Notes: generated from the letters alone by a model not told the origin. A stretch of DNA of 64,000 nt from Paecilomyces variotii (GCA_004022145.1 RCNU01000008.1), one strand, 5' to 3'. Numbered from the stretch's first letter, positions 24,556 through 39,357 are shown. Numbers and translations are program-made.

Positions 24556-25997
24556 GGTTGGTTGTCGGAAACGGGGGAGGTAGCACCTCTTCTACTCGAG
24601 CAGCGCGGGTCCTGCAATAGCCTCGGTGGATTCCTTGTTCCTTAAATGATGCACGGTAATTGCAAGTCCTCTCGAGTTGCAGTGATGGTGGTTGGCAGTG
24701 AAAGATGAAAGATGATCAGGACCGGTTTGTTGACATGAGCGGGGACAGTCCACAATCACAAGTACTAGCCTACATCCATGGCACGTGACTATCAGCTGGT
24801 GATAACCATCATGCTTGGAGTCGATCTAAAGTTCCAAACTATTATTAGTTAGTTACTTGCTAAAGCGAGCTTGCTTGCTTGCTTACACAGCGGACAGTCT
24901 TCCTAGATCCACTGATGATGACTGATCCCAACAATAACACCGGCATTCCCGAGCCCGCGAAACCTAAGATCTCTGAATACAGCGGGCCTACGAAGATAAA
25001 AGGCCGGATAAAAGGAGACAATTACAGCAAGAGGACATGGTCGCATTGCTCACAAGTTTAATTCGCATCAACTGCGAGAGGTGGTGAAAATGAGGCAGAA
25101 TTGGCCTGGCCCTTGATTAATTCCCTGCGAAACCGCAACCCAGCCCGACCCGACCAGCTGATCAATCGACTATAAATCAAAATCCTCCGCTCTTTTTATG
25201 CGCCAGAACCCAGACTGCCCGAGCAAACATGACCGGGCTGGCCAGAATCACTTGGCCAGCCTGAGTTATAATAGAGAAGAATGACAGGAAAAAGGAAATA
25301 AAAGGAGAGCCATGACAATCACGAGGAGCACTGCCGAAAAGGAGATGAAAGTCCCGTATACAATCTCGGAAGAATAATGCGCCAACAATGCGATGAAAAC
25401 ACACACAAAGGCCGTCATACACAGAAGAAATAGAGTTTCATGGTCAGCACACAGGCCATTTAACAATAAAGAGAAAACAAAAAAAGAAAATGGCATGAGC
25501 ATGGGAGGACGTCTGCGCAGTTTCCCCAGGGGGCCAGCTTTTCAATCAGCTTGACCTTGCTTGGATAATGATGCAAGGAGGGCGCACAAAGAGTGAGAAA
25601 AATCAAATACATGTGCACAACCACACCCAAGCAAACAGCAAGAGAGATGCCCCATATGTCCCTACGTATGTGTAATGAAGCGAACAGCACAGAATTAGTG
25701 AAATTGCTCCTATTCCCTCTTCCAGCAATTAAACCGGAGAGCAAAATCAGTAGAAACCAGATGCACTTTTTTTACCCGCGCATAGGGTTGTGATGGGGTA
25801 TGGGCGGACATTAAGTAATATGCTTATGCAAAAGGTGGTAAGAGTCGAGATGCAGAAAGTAAAAGGGGATGGGGGAAGAAAACCTGCAACTGTCCTACTC
25901 ACGCCTCAACGGAGTAGATATCGACCACGTTCGGTATCATTCCGCCCACCGCAGTTGGCTTCAAGACCGTAAAAGGAGGGGGTAGGGTGCAGTCGGT

Positions 25998-28638
25998 TCA
26001 GCGCACAGGCATAGGTGCCTGCTGGCCACCGAGACTCGTTTGACTGCTGTGGGCGGAGTTTTCAGAGTCGATGTTCGCGCTAGCTCCGCTATCACCACTC
26101 TCCGCGCTGGCGCTCGCACTTCCGGTCAGACTGCTGTTGTTCGGAGAGCCCTTGGCTGGGTACGAATTGCTCACCCCAAGATTTTGCTCCACTTGCTGTG
26201 GTCCGACTGCATTACCTTGCCCGGGAGGATATCGAGGGACGGGTGCTGGTATGCCCCCAGGAGGGGACGGGCGACCCTGTGGCATCCCATTTGGAGGTCC
26301 AAAGGACGGATGATCCTGAGGCGGAGGAGGTCGAGGCATTCCACGACCACCCATTCCGCCAAACGGAGTGCCTGGTGACTGGCTCGTTCTCCTGCTTGGA
26401 GGGTAAGGGCCAGGACCGTAGTCACCCGCACGGCTGACCGTCAAGGAGTTCGCTCTCGATTCGACATGCATTTGCTTGCGGTCAACAGCTCCGTATCTGT
26501 TAGATGCGTACATCATCATCGGGTTATCCAAGAGATTCTCATGTACACCCGGCATATCCTGCATGATGCGTGCGCTAGTACGGTTCTTCGATCCGCCAAA
26601 GTACCGGCTGAACGAGGAACCTGGGCGACCACCGTTGCTCGCCATCATCTCTGGGTTCTTGCGTAGTTGGCTGGCACTGGGGGCTTTCCTAGTGCGACGC
26701 GATGTGACGCTCATCATATCAAAATTGTCGGGATCGATCTGCGGCACCATCCGAGTGTCCAAGGGATCAAAGTAGTCATCTTCATCGTCCTCATCGAAGT
26801 TAGGAGCGGGTCGTGATGGTGGCGCTCTCCGAGGACCAGGAGGTCCACGTCTCATGTGCAGCTCCTGCTCGCGCAGCTGCAGTTCGCGTTGTCGCAGGGC
26901 GAGTTCTCGCTCTCTCATTGCGATATCCGCCGCGGATGCACTTCCACCAGCAGCATCGGGGTACGGACCACCGCCGTTCTGAGGTATAGCACCGTCGGGA
27001 AGGTCGTCATACAGAACCAGATGACTGAACTCCTCGAGTCCACTATCCTCGAAGGACGGGTCCCGCGGGAGTCTGCCTGGCTGGCCATTTGGTGCCCTGG
27101 GTGGACCAGCCATCGGGGGTGGACCACGTCTCGGGGGTGGCATCATTGCCATTCCAGTGGTCGTCCGGCTAGACCTCATAGCTCCGTTCATCGGGGGTCG
27201 CAGAGGCGGCATACCAGATTGGGGCGGAACAGACGACATACGTGGAGGTGGCTGCGCTAAGACGGGGGGAGAAGGCTCCGTCTTCTGAGGTCTCGTCTGG
27301 TTGACAATATTCACATGGTGGAGCATCGCATACAGAGTCTCTATCCGCGGGACCCGGACAGACAACTCCGTCGCCAATTTCACCGCGGATCCCAGGTAGG
27401 TCTCGACTTCCATGGGCCGCCTCGCAACGAAATCCTGATACATAATGCTTTGAGTGTCCGATGGGGCAGTCATGCTCCCGATCGTCTTTTCACGAAAGTT
27501 GTCTGGGAACGAACAGCCCTGCGCTTTGGCCAGTTCGATGAGTTCGTCGATAACGTCCGACACCATTTGGCGGACACCAACTTTCTCTAGGAGCTGAGCA
27601 TGATTAGGCGTGTCAAAGAGAACACTGGCGGGGTGGAATGCGATCGGTCTGCCAAGCAGTATCAGCGCCAGTTCCGCATGTAGGGGAAGAAATGAGGTTG
27701 ACAACTTACCCGACCATATGTTCAAATTGTTCCTGTCGGATGTTCTTGGAAACCTTGCAATCCACCTGGCCGGTGCCCAAGGTGATGGCGAGGGCGACGG
27801 CCATATCGTTCTGTATAGAAGCAGGGATCGACGGGTTCTTATTGGCGGGTCCCACCCAGATCTCCGTCGACCCCGTATGCTCGAATTCACTAGCCCCGAT
27901 CTGCGTGATCTCAAGACCCGAAACGAGGGACAGGACGACGTTTGTCGGGAAGCGCTGCTCCAGATGAGCTTCCACACCCAGCGTGTTTGTAGTGTTGACG
28001 AGGATGCATGTATGTTGTGGTGTAACGACAGACTCAATCACTGCAGCCAGATCGTAGACGTCTGGCAACGCCTTCACGCAGAGAATAACGTAATCGTATG
28101 CGTTCTCCCTCGAGGATGCTTCTTCAGGACTGCGCACGACTATCATGTCATGCAGGTCAGCATCCAATCGTACGGGAGTGGTTTGGAAGAATGAATTGAC
28201 GATGGCAGTACATACCATGACGGGGTTTAAACCGTTCATTGCCGAATTGTTTTGACCTACAGACAATTGTGTCAGCGACAGGCGATAAACCAAAGGAGGA
28301 GAGGGGCATCGTAGTTGAAACGTACTTGAATGAGACACCGTATTGTGCTACTGACTCGAATCCCGACTTCCAGACGAGTGTCACGTCGCATGAATTGGTC
28401 GCCTGCAGCCTCCACGACAGGAAGGCCGACACTGCATTGCCGCCCACTACACAGGTACGTTTTAGCAATCCGCTCATCTCTTTCGGGTCGACGCCTTTGT
28501 TGTGATTCTCAATCGGGATGGAATGGGTCGCAGGAGATCGGTTTCCGGATGGGAAGAGCAGAAGGATCAGAAAGCCATTGCAGGATAGGATGAGGCCATA
28601 CCTGATAGAATGCGCAGCCTTGGCGGAGAAGGAGCCAT
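25998..28638 (-). CDS. Ketopantoate-reductase-like (ApbA/PanE fold) protein with long Pro/Gly/Met-rich tail (Svl3/Pam1-like), multi-exon
   Basis: MAPSPPRLRILS-VGGNAVSAFLSWRLQ..., YDYVILCVKALP, SIMYQDFVARRPMEVETYLG; GT-AG introns between the ORF pieces. Confidence 0.88.
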
Positions 28639-31600
28639 TGCGATAAGAAGAGCCGTCCAGAGAAGGCGTCAGACGGAGGGGACGATGGAGGAACGACGCA
28701 GACGGCCGTGTCGGGAGGCAACTCCCAGGAGACGAGGTCGACGGGAGCTCGAGTGTAGAGGGACGATGTCGATAGGGAAGAACGACCGCGTCAGGCGAAT
28801 GCCAGAAGAAGAGATCCCCAAGAAAACAAGCGAAGGCTAACACGGAACGAGAGGAGGAGGGATCCCGGACGACGGCTTCAACGCAAACAACAAAAAAAAC
28901 GAACGAGGGGGGAGGAAAGGATGAGGTAGATGGATGGGAGGGGGTTCAGGAAGGGGCAGAACCACGGGAGGTGGAAAGGATGTATTTGGGAGGGAAAAAA
29001 GGATGATAGAAGGGTGGAGGAAGAGAGCGAGAGCGAGAGCGAGAGAGAGCGAGAGAGACCGAATGGATTGGCTGTCTCGACGGGCGCTGAGAGAGCCCTT
29101 GGGCGGTGCTCGAATCGCCTGCCAGCCGCGCCCGGAGCAGAATCAAGCAATAATTAATTAATTAATTAATTAATTATTATTGAAGTGAACGCGACAGCAA
29201 TCAATGCGTGGCTTTTTTTTTTGCCTATCTATCCGCTGCCGGTTTTCTTTTTTCTTTTCCTTTTCTTCTTCTTCTTCTTCTTCTTCTTTTCTGCTGCGGC
29301 CTAGACACGCCGTGGAATTCGGGGGGGGTTGGGCTGAGATGCGCGATCAGGACGCTTTCGTGGAGCAGCCCACTCAACAAGCACCACGCGGGCAGTAATC
29401 CAAAAACAGAACGCTTGTTTAGTCGGTCTGGTATTTTAACCCCCCGTGTGTGTCTGGTGGGATGATGATGGTAGTAGTCTGGGATGCGATGTGATGGAAG
29501 GGAGGGGGGTAAGTCAGGATAGGAATGCCTCTATGGTGTGGACTGGGTTTCTGCCGTCTGCTAACTAGTGTATATTAAGTGGTAGTGCAGTAGTAGATAG
29601 ATAGATAGATTATCTAGATAGATAGATAGATACACTGACTGACTGACAGTTAGTAGATGGTAGATAGTCGAAGAATACTATTATTCCTCTGCCGCAACCA
29701 CCACCAACCACCCTATCCTCCTCCATCTCAATCTCAATCTCGCTCCCGAAGCGGAACTCCCCCTTCTGCTGCCAGCGGATCGGACAGAAGCAAGAAAAAA
29801 AAGCCCACCGGGGCCGATGATGACAGGGCCAGTCCATCCTGCATCCACTCGCAAACCCACCTGGATGGGTCGTGGAAGTAGGCGGCCGCTAACTAACAGA
29901 TTGCTGTCCAGACCGGCGTCGGATTGTGCATGACAAAATGCGATAGCTACACGGCGTTATGCCAGATATGCGGATGCAAAGCACAGTCCGTCAATGGTTC
30001 GGCGATCGATGCTCTGCGTCGGGAGAACCATGGTATGAGGGCCTGCAAGAAAGGGATGATGAGCAGTGTAGATAGTTATTAATATATTATTGTTTATCCT
30101 CCAGAACTAACTAGTTGCTACAATTATAAATTAATGCCCATATCCATATTTAACTACTAACTAGTGGTTCGTTTCCTCCACGTCCTTTCGCAGAAAATGT
30201 GGGTTTGGGTCTCGCCTCGAACCGGTTCCTGCCATGATTCATCGTTGCTCTGCCAGTTCGACGGACTAGATATAATATTATTATTATTACTTTAAAGTGC
30301 TTAGACCGGCCAGACAAGGTTGCTACCATAGATGATCGATCGTTTGGGGCTATCTATCTATCCATCAATCTATCTCTCTCTCTCGATCCAGAACTGCACT
30401 CTCCAAGGTAAGAAGAAGCTTCCCATGCTCGGGTTCTGATCCTGTCTTCGGTTCCGGCATGCCAGAATCCTCCCCTTCGGCAAGGATTGGCATGGACTGC
30501 GTCAGCCCGGAAAACAAAACCCATGATATCAACACACGGGAAGCTGTCGACCTCCAGCCCCCACGAGGAACGCGCACGCGTGCCGTCTCGCCTCTCGCAA
30601 GAACGCTGGGTCGACAGGCGAGGTAAAAGTAAACGGTTGCCAGAGACACACACACACATGTGTACATACTACTACACACACGTACACACACGTCTGTTTG
30701 CGGTTCTCCCTACCAGTATGGGGTTCGAAGATCATCCGTCTGCAGCCCTCAACCATAGGAACGCGACTCGAAAACATTATTCTTATCGGAGAGAGGGTTT
30801 GGTGGTGATTATCTGCGCCTCCTTAAACATGCCACGAGTTCCCTTCTGTCCGCTCTGCGCTCTCTCAGGAATTCTGGTCATGCAACGCCAATAATGCAAC
30901 TCCATCGCAAGCTCTCTGCACGTATCTGCCCGGGATTCATCGCCTGGCACTTGGCCTCAGCACAAGCAAGCGGACTGTGCGCGCGACCGTCGTTGTAAAG
31001 GGTCAACACTGCTACTATTAATAAATCATTAGACGGCGCCAGACACTCGCCCTCTAGCCCTGCAGTAAAGCCACCCTTCACATCCCTCCGCTGCAAGGCC
31101 GCCTATCTAGTGATAGCACAGAATTACTTAGATAAGGATCCTAGAAAAGGACCCTAACGAGCATATCATAGGCAGGGCAAGTCGCGACCGGCCATTTGCA
31201 ATAATAATCGCGCCAAGAGGACGGTCAGCTCAGCTGTCAACTTGACCGATCCTGTTTATGTTCAGCCCATAATGGCCTTGTTTTCTCTCTCGCTCTCCCT
31301 CTCTCTAGTCCAGGCGCTGGTTGCGCACCGTCTCCTACCCACTGGGAAATGAAACCAAGCGTGCTGGTCAGAGAGACGATTCTTCCAACTTCCAACTCCC
31401 ACTGCTTTGTCTCTCTAATTCTAGTCTGACCGCTACCACAAAGTCCCCGAGACGGCCATCAAAGCTCTGTTAGACCGATCGTCCCTGTGGCGCTACTCGG
31501 TGAGAAACCGCCAATCCACCATACGATCACCCCAAAAACCCATGTCCACGACAGCTGCGGATGCGCTAGGAAGAAACTTACCGGCTGTCTCTGCGACAAG

Positions 31601-34600
31601 AATTCGGCGGCCAGAAGTTGCACCGCCATCCGAACCGATAGGCGGCAATGCGGACCGTGAGGCTCTACGGTAGAGGACGAAGAGACTTCACCATGGATGG
31701 ATTTTCGTCTCTGTCGCGTTCTGAATGTGGACGGGTTCTTCTTGCTGCTAAGAAAGGTAAGAAGAGCTCACTCCTCTCTCTCTCTTTTTTTTTTTTCTTT
31801 TTTTTTCTTTTTCTTCTTCCCAGTCACTTTCAGCTTTCCCCTTGACCACACACGATTATCGCATCTGGAGAACCTCATTGGCACCGCGGTCGCCCCAGCC
31901 ACACGCCCGCAGTAGATCATGACGTTCCGCGGACTGCGAATATGATTTATGGTAGGTAATTAACTCTGTTCTCGACGCTTCCAGGCCGGGCCAAACCTGT
32001 CAGAGAGTCATGGACTCGGCAACCGGGGTGGATAACGGGCTAAAGGGAAGCTCTAGACTCGAAAGGACATTAGTGAGAACAAAAAGACAAGGAGCATGCC
32101 GATGTGTGGAGAGAGCGCCCATCGCCAGTGACGGCACAAAGACGGGACGGACGAAGCCACGGGCGACTTAGCTTTCTGGCGAACCTGCTCTGCCTTGTTT
32201 CCCAAGGGTTGGCATTCGTTCGGTCCCTGACCATCTGAGCATTCGGATTGCGACTGTCCCATGGATTGCCCTTTTCGTCAGGAACAACTGGGTTGGTGAC
32301 CTGCCATGGTTCAAATTAACTAATTAATCTAATTAATTGAACCTGTAGATAGAGCATTCACCATAAATTTCTTTCCTTGTCGTTCCATAAGTATGGTATA
32401 AGCTCAGCCCCACGCTTTCTGCGCGCGGAGGAAATCCCAGAGGAACGAGGATGAACGACCAAGAGCCAATCAGCCGCGTCTCTATCACCATAGTTCGAGC
32501 TGACCACAATAATAATAATCATAATCCATCATTGTTGCTACCAGTTGTCCCTGACTCTGATACCACGCAATGATCAGCTATTAGAGCAGTCTCGCTTCTA
32601 CCGACCCCATTGACGTAACAGTGGTTCGGGGCCTAGAACGAAGCTCCTGTCTCACTCTCACGTTCCCCGGTTCCAGACGCGTCTTTTCTGATGCTTTTGA
32701 ATTTTTTTATCGTCATTTCTATCCTTTTATTTATTTATTACCTCCAGAGTACTCTATATAATAATAATAATAGCATAGGAAAGTCTCAAGAAAAACTATC
32801 TCCTTACGCTGCATTAAGGCATCTTTCCAATAACTAACTAACTACACATCTTTCCCAGAATCCCTAATCTTACATAGTCTCACGCGTCGCGTCGCCGTCC
32901 TTATTAATTTTGATAGAAAAGCCATTGCCTCTGCTATTATTACTTCCTCGAACTCGATAATAATAAGAAGAAGAATAAGAATAATAAGAACGGTATAATG
33001 ATAGGGCTAAACGCGCACCGCGGAGTAGAGTTTACCACCTGATATAGGTATTGTTGCCGTATCGGGTAACTGGGTACGTGGAAGTCAAAAATGATAATCC
33101 CCACTGCATTCGTCAGTAGTAGCGGACGTACTACGCGTAAGTTTTATGGTTTTCTTTAATACTTGATGCGTGTATATTTCACATAATTGAGGGAGCAGGG
33201 GAGAAAATTTTCTCTTGTTTACTGTATAAAGAATAGAAGGTTGGTAGTTTTTTTTTTTTTTTTTTTTTTTTTCTGGTATTGCGGATGCGATATATATTCA
33301 ACTATATAGTACTCGCCATGTTATAACTATATAAGTCCTCTCGCAACCCAATTTGTATTGAAATTATTATCATTGAACTTGTCATAGCTTGTATATATAT
33401 CCATATGTTATTATCAGATCATACCACCATACAATAACACTGGTTCCAATTATAACTACCCGGGTTCCTCGTCCAGGTGCACAAGTCGAGGGCATAGATA
33501 GGAAGGATCATAACGAGAATTTCCTAGTGTTTTCATATCGAAAATACGTGGAGAATACGACCTTATATGATAATGATCCTTTGTTGCTTACGCCTGGATT
33601 TATGACTATCAACAGATACACCCCGTCACTGTTATGTTTTGTAACGGGATCGCTATAGGAAGTTACCTAACTTATAGTAGCTCGTTAGGAGCTATAACCA
33701 AGTAATGTACTACTTGTCTTATTCTTACCAGAGGCTTCTATAACATAATGCTGCATACCTGCTTGCTGTATATATATACCAGTAACCATGCGCCTACATA
33801 ACAACGCCAATAATCGTATAGCCCCTCGATAACCTATATTTCTATCCATTAATCATCTAAAAATATATCACATCAAAAAGTAAGTATCACGAGATAAATC
33901 CCTAGCACAGACACACTCAACAGGGAATATACCCAAAAGCCAAAAAGCGATACCCAAGTAGCAAGCAACCCCACACCCCTAGCTAGGATATACTCACCTC
34001 AAGATAAGAAACAGACAACCCCCATATCGAGAACTTAGCACCCAACCCTTTCGGCACCCGGATCGCGAAAGAGATTTATTATACATAGGACATGCAACAT
34101 ATGCGCGTGCATATACGTAATGCCCTTTCTTACCAAGAAGGGAAAGGAAGGGGCTTAAAAAAATTCCAAATCCGAACCTTGCAGGAGAAGACTCATGCGT
34201 GCATATCTCGGAAGCACGCGGGAAGATAGAGGGGATATGGGTTGGGGGAGGGATTTAGGAACCTTAAGGCGATATTGTTTAATTCGAGGATAGGCAATAT
34301 TATCGATATATAAAATATATGTATTCTTTTGAAGATGGACACTTGGAAATTACGTGTTGTGTATACATCGCCGCTGAGACGGGCTCCCGCGGTGGAAGAC
34401 TGACCGACTTAGCATTACTTGCGTTATCCTTATCAACCTTGCTACGCGGGTGCAATGATGACCTGCAAAACGACTATTTGCTTTACCAAATCATACAGAC
34501 ACACAGAGACATATACCGCAAAGGAATGGCACCAACGCATAAGTCCGCGATCAGCTAAATTAATTACCTGCTCCATACCCAGTACATCATCAAGGTTTTC

Positions 34601-34759
34601 CTTTTTTTTTCCTATTTCAGGACGTTCCTATGAGGCACAGCCCCTCTCGCAACTGATATCCTTCACATCCTGATCCAGTGGTTGCAAATAAGACGAAACA
34701 TAATATCACAACCCGGCCGTCGCGCCAGAAGAGGATAAAAGACAGCATCTACGGGATGC

Positions 34760-36761
34760 TTAGGCCATGTAGGTGCTGGAATCAACACCACCCTCGGGAT
34801 ACTCAGGGAGAGCAACCTCGAATCGCTTCTCGATCTCCTTCAGCACCTTCTCGTCCTCCTCGCTGCTGACAAAAGAGATCGACAGACCCTTGGTACCGAA
34901 ACGACCGGCACGACCGACACGGTGGAGATAGGAATCCGCATCAGCGGGGAGATCGTAGTTGATGGCGAGGTTGATGCGCTCAATATCGATACCACGGCCG
35001 AACACGTCAGTGGCAACGCAGATACGCTTGTTGAACTCCTTGAACTCCTTGTAACGTTTGATACTGTGATACGTTGTTAGAACGGGCTGAAGAGAAAACA
35101 AACACGAAGCAATAAAACTTACCGCTCCTCCTGGCTGACACCAGAGTGGACCGCAATACTGGGGAAGTTGCATTCTCTCAAGAGCTTGTCCAGCTCGTTT
35201 GCACGCAGCGTGCTCTTGACAAAGATAATAACCTGGTTGAACTCGAGGCTGTCGAGCAGCTCGTTCAACTTTCGGTTCTTCTCGGCCTCGCTGAGCTTGA
35301 TGTAGTACTGCTGGAGACCGTGGAGTGTGAGCTTGGTGTCATCATCCACATAGACCTCAAGCGGGTTTCTCATGAACTTCTTGCAGACAGGTCTGATTTC
35401 CTGCGAGAGGGTCGCACTGAACATCATGACCTGCTTGTCGGCAGGGGTAGCACGGAAGATTTCCTGGACATCGCGGCGCATGTCTTTGCAATAGTGAGCA
35501 CTCGTGCCTTCAACAATAATACAGTAGTTCAGACTTACCGATCTGGTCGAGCATCTTGTCACACTCATCAAGAACGAAGCACTTAACGCTGCGCAGAGAC
35601 AGCTTCTTCTCACGCACTAGGGCGTTCAATCGACCGGGCGTGCCGACAACGATGTTGGGGTAGGTCTCCTTGTTGGACAGAAGCTCAATGTCCTTCTGGA
35701 TGGGAGTACCTCCGTAGAACACGGCCGTCTTCACATCCGGAAGATACTTGCTGAATCGTGCGTACTCGTTCTTGATCTGATACGCCAACTCACGGGTGTG
35801 GCACATGACGAGGATCTGGGCCTCGCCCGGAACTGGCTCCAGCTGGTGGAGGGTGGTGAGAACGAAGACTGCCGTCTTTCCGAGACCAGACTTTGCCTGG
35901 CAGAGAACATCGACATTGAGGATGGCCGTGGGAATGCAAACTTGCTGGACTGTAGTAAGGCGCGACGATATGTTAGACTTGGTCCGATCCATGAATTTTG
36001 AAAGAAGCAATTCGCATCGCAAAACGTCCGTCCGTCCATCCCCCGGTAGTGGTGACCAGCAAAACAAGTTTATCTATTCCACCCAGCAAGACCACAAGGT
36101 ACTTTTTTCAACCATCTTCTGCAAAAGAAGATCTGATCAGGAGCCTCGTGCAGGTCAACACGGGAACACCCCCATGCGCAGAGGTGGCATTCAAAAGGAC
36201 ATAAATTCCTCTTGTTCATGGGCCCTGCAAACTTCCCCAGCTATTACACCTTGGCAGGTATGATCTTTGGGCTTCGAGAGGCAGTTATTACCCGTGAGAT
36301 ACCGGGGCTTTTTTTTGTGCCTTGAGCTCGATCGTGAGGAAGCTAGCCGCAGCCGTGTTGCAGCGTAGCGCGATCTCGAGGAGAAACATCCCCGTGCCGC
36401 CTGCAGCTCGGGACCAGATTTGACCAGGCGATGTACAACCCTCGGCGGAGATGGACGGACGGTGGAAGATGGACAATGGAAGGCTGTGGGAGAAATATTA
36501 TAACTAACCCTCCGATGGATGTTCGAAACCGCAATCGGTGATCGCACGCAGAAGCTCTCCTTTGAGCAGGAAGTCACGGAAACCGGTGGAGTGAATGCCG
36601 ACATAACTGCCCTTCTTGTCTGGGCGACCGCCTGACACAGTCAGATCGCCCTTCTTTGCAGCGGCACCGTTGGAAGCAGCCGGTGCGGCGGCTGTCGTCG
36701 CGGCATCGGTCGTCTGGAGCTCCTCATCGGAGTAATCGATAAGATCCTCTTCGTGAGACAT
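34760..36761 (-). CDS. sub2: DExD-box RNA helicase Sub2/UAP56, 4 exons
   Basis: [45 protein letters not shown]. Confidence 0.98.
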
Positions 36762-37212
36762 GGTGGAAAAGTCGGTGAGTGACGAGGTGGTAGGTGAAGT
36801 ATTGGTGAGTCTAGCAGAGGCGCGTCCCGAGGCAGCAAAGCCTGGGAAAGCGTGAGTTGAGACTTGGGAAGAGAACTGGGGCCTCGACTATGGACCTGGA
36901 GAATTAGACAATCGCAAGAGCCACAACGGCGTTCTCGCAAGCGCAATAAAACAGACGAAGGGACGAGGCCGACAATGAAGGAGATGGTTGTAGGTTGATG
37001 GCAAGACAAGACAGCACTGCGAGGGATGAAAGAGAAGACAAGGCGCGGTAGATCACGTGACCAGAATCGCCATCTGGAGCCCCAAGATCTTAGCCCTTTT
37101 CGACTTAGCGCCACATCGCCACCGTCCGCTTCAGGCGCCAGTTCACCAAAATGCTTCTTTGAAGTTTGGCGCAATCTTCTCCGTCTCCGACCGGGGGGAG
37201 ATCGACTGTACG
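36762..37212. promoter_or_regulatory. Divergent sub2/rpr2 promoter region with TCACGTGA E-box
   Basis: Head-to-head ATGs 451 bp apart; palindrome TCACGTGA at 37053-37060. Confidence 0.5.
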
Positions 37213-37779
37213 ATGGCAAAGCAGAAAGCGAAGAAGGATGTCAGTGCCAGGGGGCCACCGCATATACGCGCTCGTCTGGAATATCTCCGAAAGGCGGCTG
37301 TATACATCCAATCTGCGTCGACATCGAGGTTGAGACCAGATCAGAATGATAATACGGATGAGCAAATGACCGATGGTGTACACACTGAGCCGGAGATAGT
37401 CGAGTCATCAGAGACACGGGATGGACACCAAGAATCCGACCAGCCGACACATAACCAGAATCGTACATTATGCATCCCCCGCCAGTTCATATCGCAGATG
37501 CGAGGTGTCTCTTTAAAGTCACAGATGCGATTGCCTATCGAGGTCAAGCGGTCTTTCTGCAAACGGTGTGACATTATCCTAGTTCCAGGATTCAACTGCG
37601 TGGAGAGAATCGAGAATGCAAGTCGCGGTAGAAAGAAACCGTGGGCCGATGTACGGGTCGTCCGTTGCACTGCCTGTGGGACAGAGAAGCGCTTCCCTCA
37701 GACGGACAGACGCAGCAAAAAGCTCTCGGAACGCAAGTCAGAGGCTGCTGCGAAGAATACATCGTCAGCGCCATCGTGA
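37213..37779 (+). CDS. rpr2: RNase P/MRP subunit Rpr2/Rpp21 family
   Basis: HIRARLEYLRKAA ... KRSFCKRCD ... VRCTACGTEKRFP (two CxxC zinc ribbon). Confidence 0.9.
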   Translation: MAKQKAKKDVSARGPPHIRARLEYLRKAAVYIQSASTSRLRPDQNDNTDEQMTDGVHTEPEIVESSETRDGHQESDQPTHNQNRTLCIPRQFISQMRGVSLKSQMRLPIEVKRSFCKRCDIILVPGFNCVERIENASRGRKKPWADVRVVRCTACGTEKRFPQTDRRSKKLSERKSEAAAKNTSSAPS

Positions 37780-39357
37780 TCTGTAGCTCTCCAACCAGAT
37801 GGTTGATTTGTCCCAGGTTACAACCCGCTTTGAGAGTCGTCAAAGGAATGGCTTTCTTCATGTTGACTTCCCGATCCGTTCAATAGCAAGACGGTTGTTG
37901 GAAGTTCTGAGACGGGCATACAGCAAAGGGCTGATCATATCATCGCATGTGCGGTTTGCGCAATGATGGCTGCAGCACTGTCGAGCTGCGGCTTTAACGA
38001 GGCTCTTATACCAGGATCTCGTCTTGCGGACATAGTTCGTCTTATTCCAGACCAGAATGTGCGTCCTCATTTTTGAGGGGACTGTTGAAACCAGCTCTTG
38101 CTCACAAGTGTTGTATGGGGGCTAGAAATGTCCAGTAGGACGCACCGTTTCTACGCACAGTAAGCTGAGATATCTGCTACTCTCGATGAAGGATCGCGAG
38201 TCAAGCAAGACTGGATACGATACTGGATCATTCATGACACTACTAGGCATTGATCAAAGCCACTTGAAATTCGACTACTTATACGGGAACGGGTCTTTTT
38301 GCTCATTCCTCTTGAATACATATAAACATACACTCGTATGGAAACGAATTTCATGAAACGCAAAAGGGTGGACGTCAAATCATCGACACATGGGTATAAG
38401 GCAGACCGAAATTGGGCGAACTGAACATGAAACGGCCTTAACAGCCCTGAAAAAAAGCACAGACGAGACGCGCACTGAAGATAGAACCGTACCACCAGAC
38501 CTGCCTTTCAAAGGTTTCGTTGTAGGAATGTGATGGGTATTAGAGCGTCACCAACTGTTGTCTCATACAACCAGATCGTCTGTATGCTGACGCTATATAT
38601 GCTCCAAGTCTCAGGACATTGCAGTCGAAGATCCATTGGCGTCAGGCAAGCAAGATACTGTGACGGTCGGGACTGAAACATAGCTAGAGCGGGATGTGTA
38701 TACCGACAGAAAACACATGCAACATATGATAATATCCAAAAAAAAATCCAACTCCGACATCCACCAACACCCTTCTGCTGATCCCATCGTATTAGACGTA
38801 GGTTGAAAATAACATAAGATCCAAATTAGCCGCGAGGCATGTATCCAGTCTTTTTATGTGACTTTTACTCTGCAAAATCCGGCGAGAGATTACCACCGAT
38901 TGACTTCGGCGATAATAACGGACAAACGAGAATCATAAGACAATTGCCACATGCAAGATGACAGAAACATCAGATCAGGTGGCGTGGCGCAGTCCCTGTA
39001 GCTAGACTGTGTCGAAGCTCCGCGAGGAGACAAGGTATATAGTATGTATATAAAACCCTCTTTTGTCAATCTTATCGTATAGGGCGGACAGTTAAAATTA
39101 TCAGTTGAGGGGTATGACAAGCTGACAATCATTTATTCGTCGAAGAAGGTAAAAAAGCTAAGAATTGCGAGAGATTCGATACCATATTCCAATATGGCAT
39201 TCTTAGGAGTTGGTCATGGAGAGGCGGCCGTAGAAGGGCTGCAACGATTTCCATGGTTTGGGAATCGTTGGCGGTGGCGTGACGCCTTGCGACCAGTAGA
39301 CTCTGCAGATGTTCCGGATAGAGAAGAGTTGATGTATGAAGATATGATATAGACAAG

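Noticed and set aside
33900-33960. U2 snRNA-like 5' end on the - strand (ATCGCTTTTTGGCTTTTGG)
   Set aside because: Lacks the invariant branch-recognition GTGTAGTA and the rest of U2.
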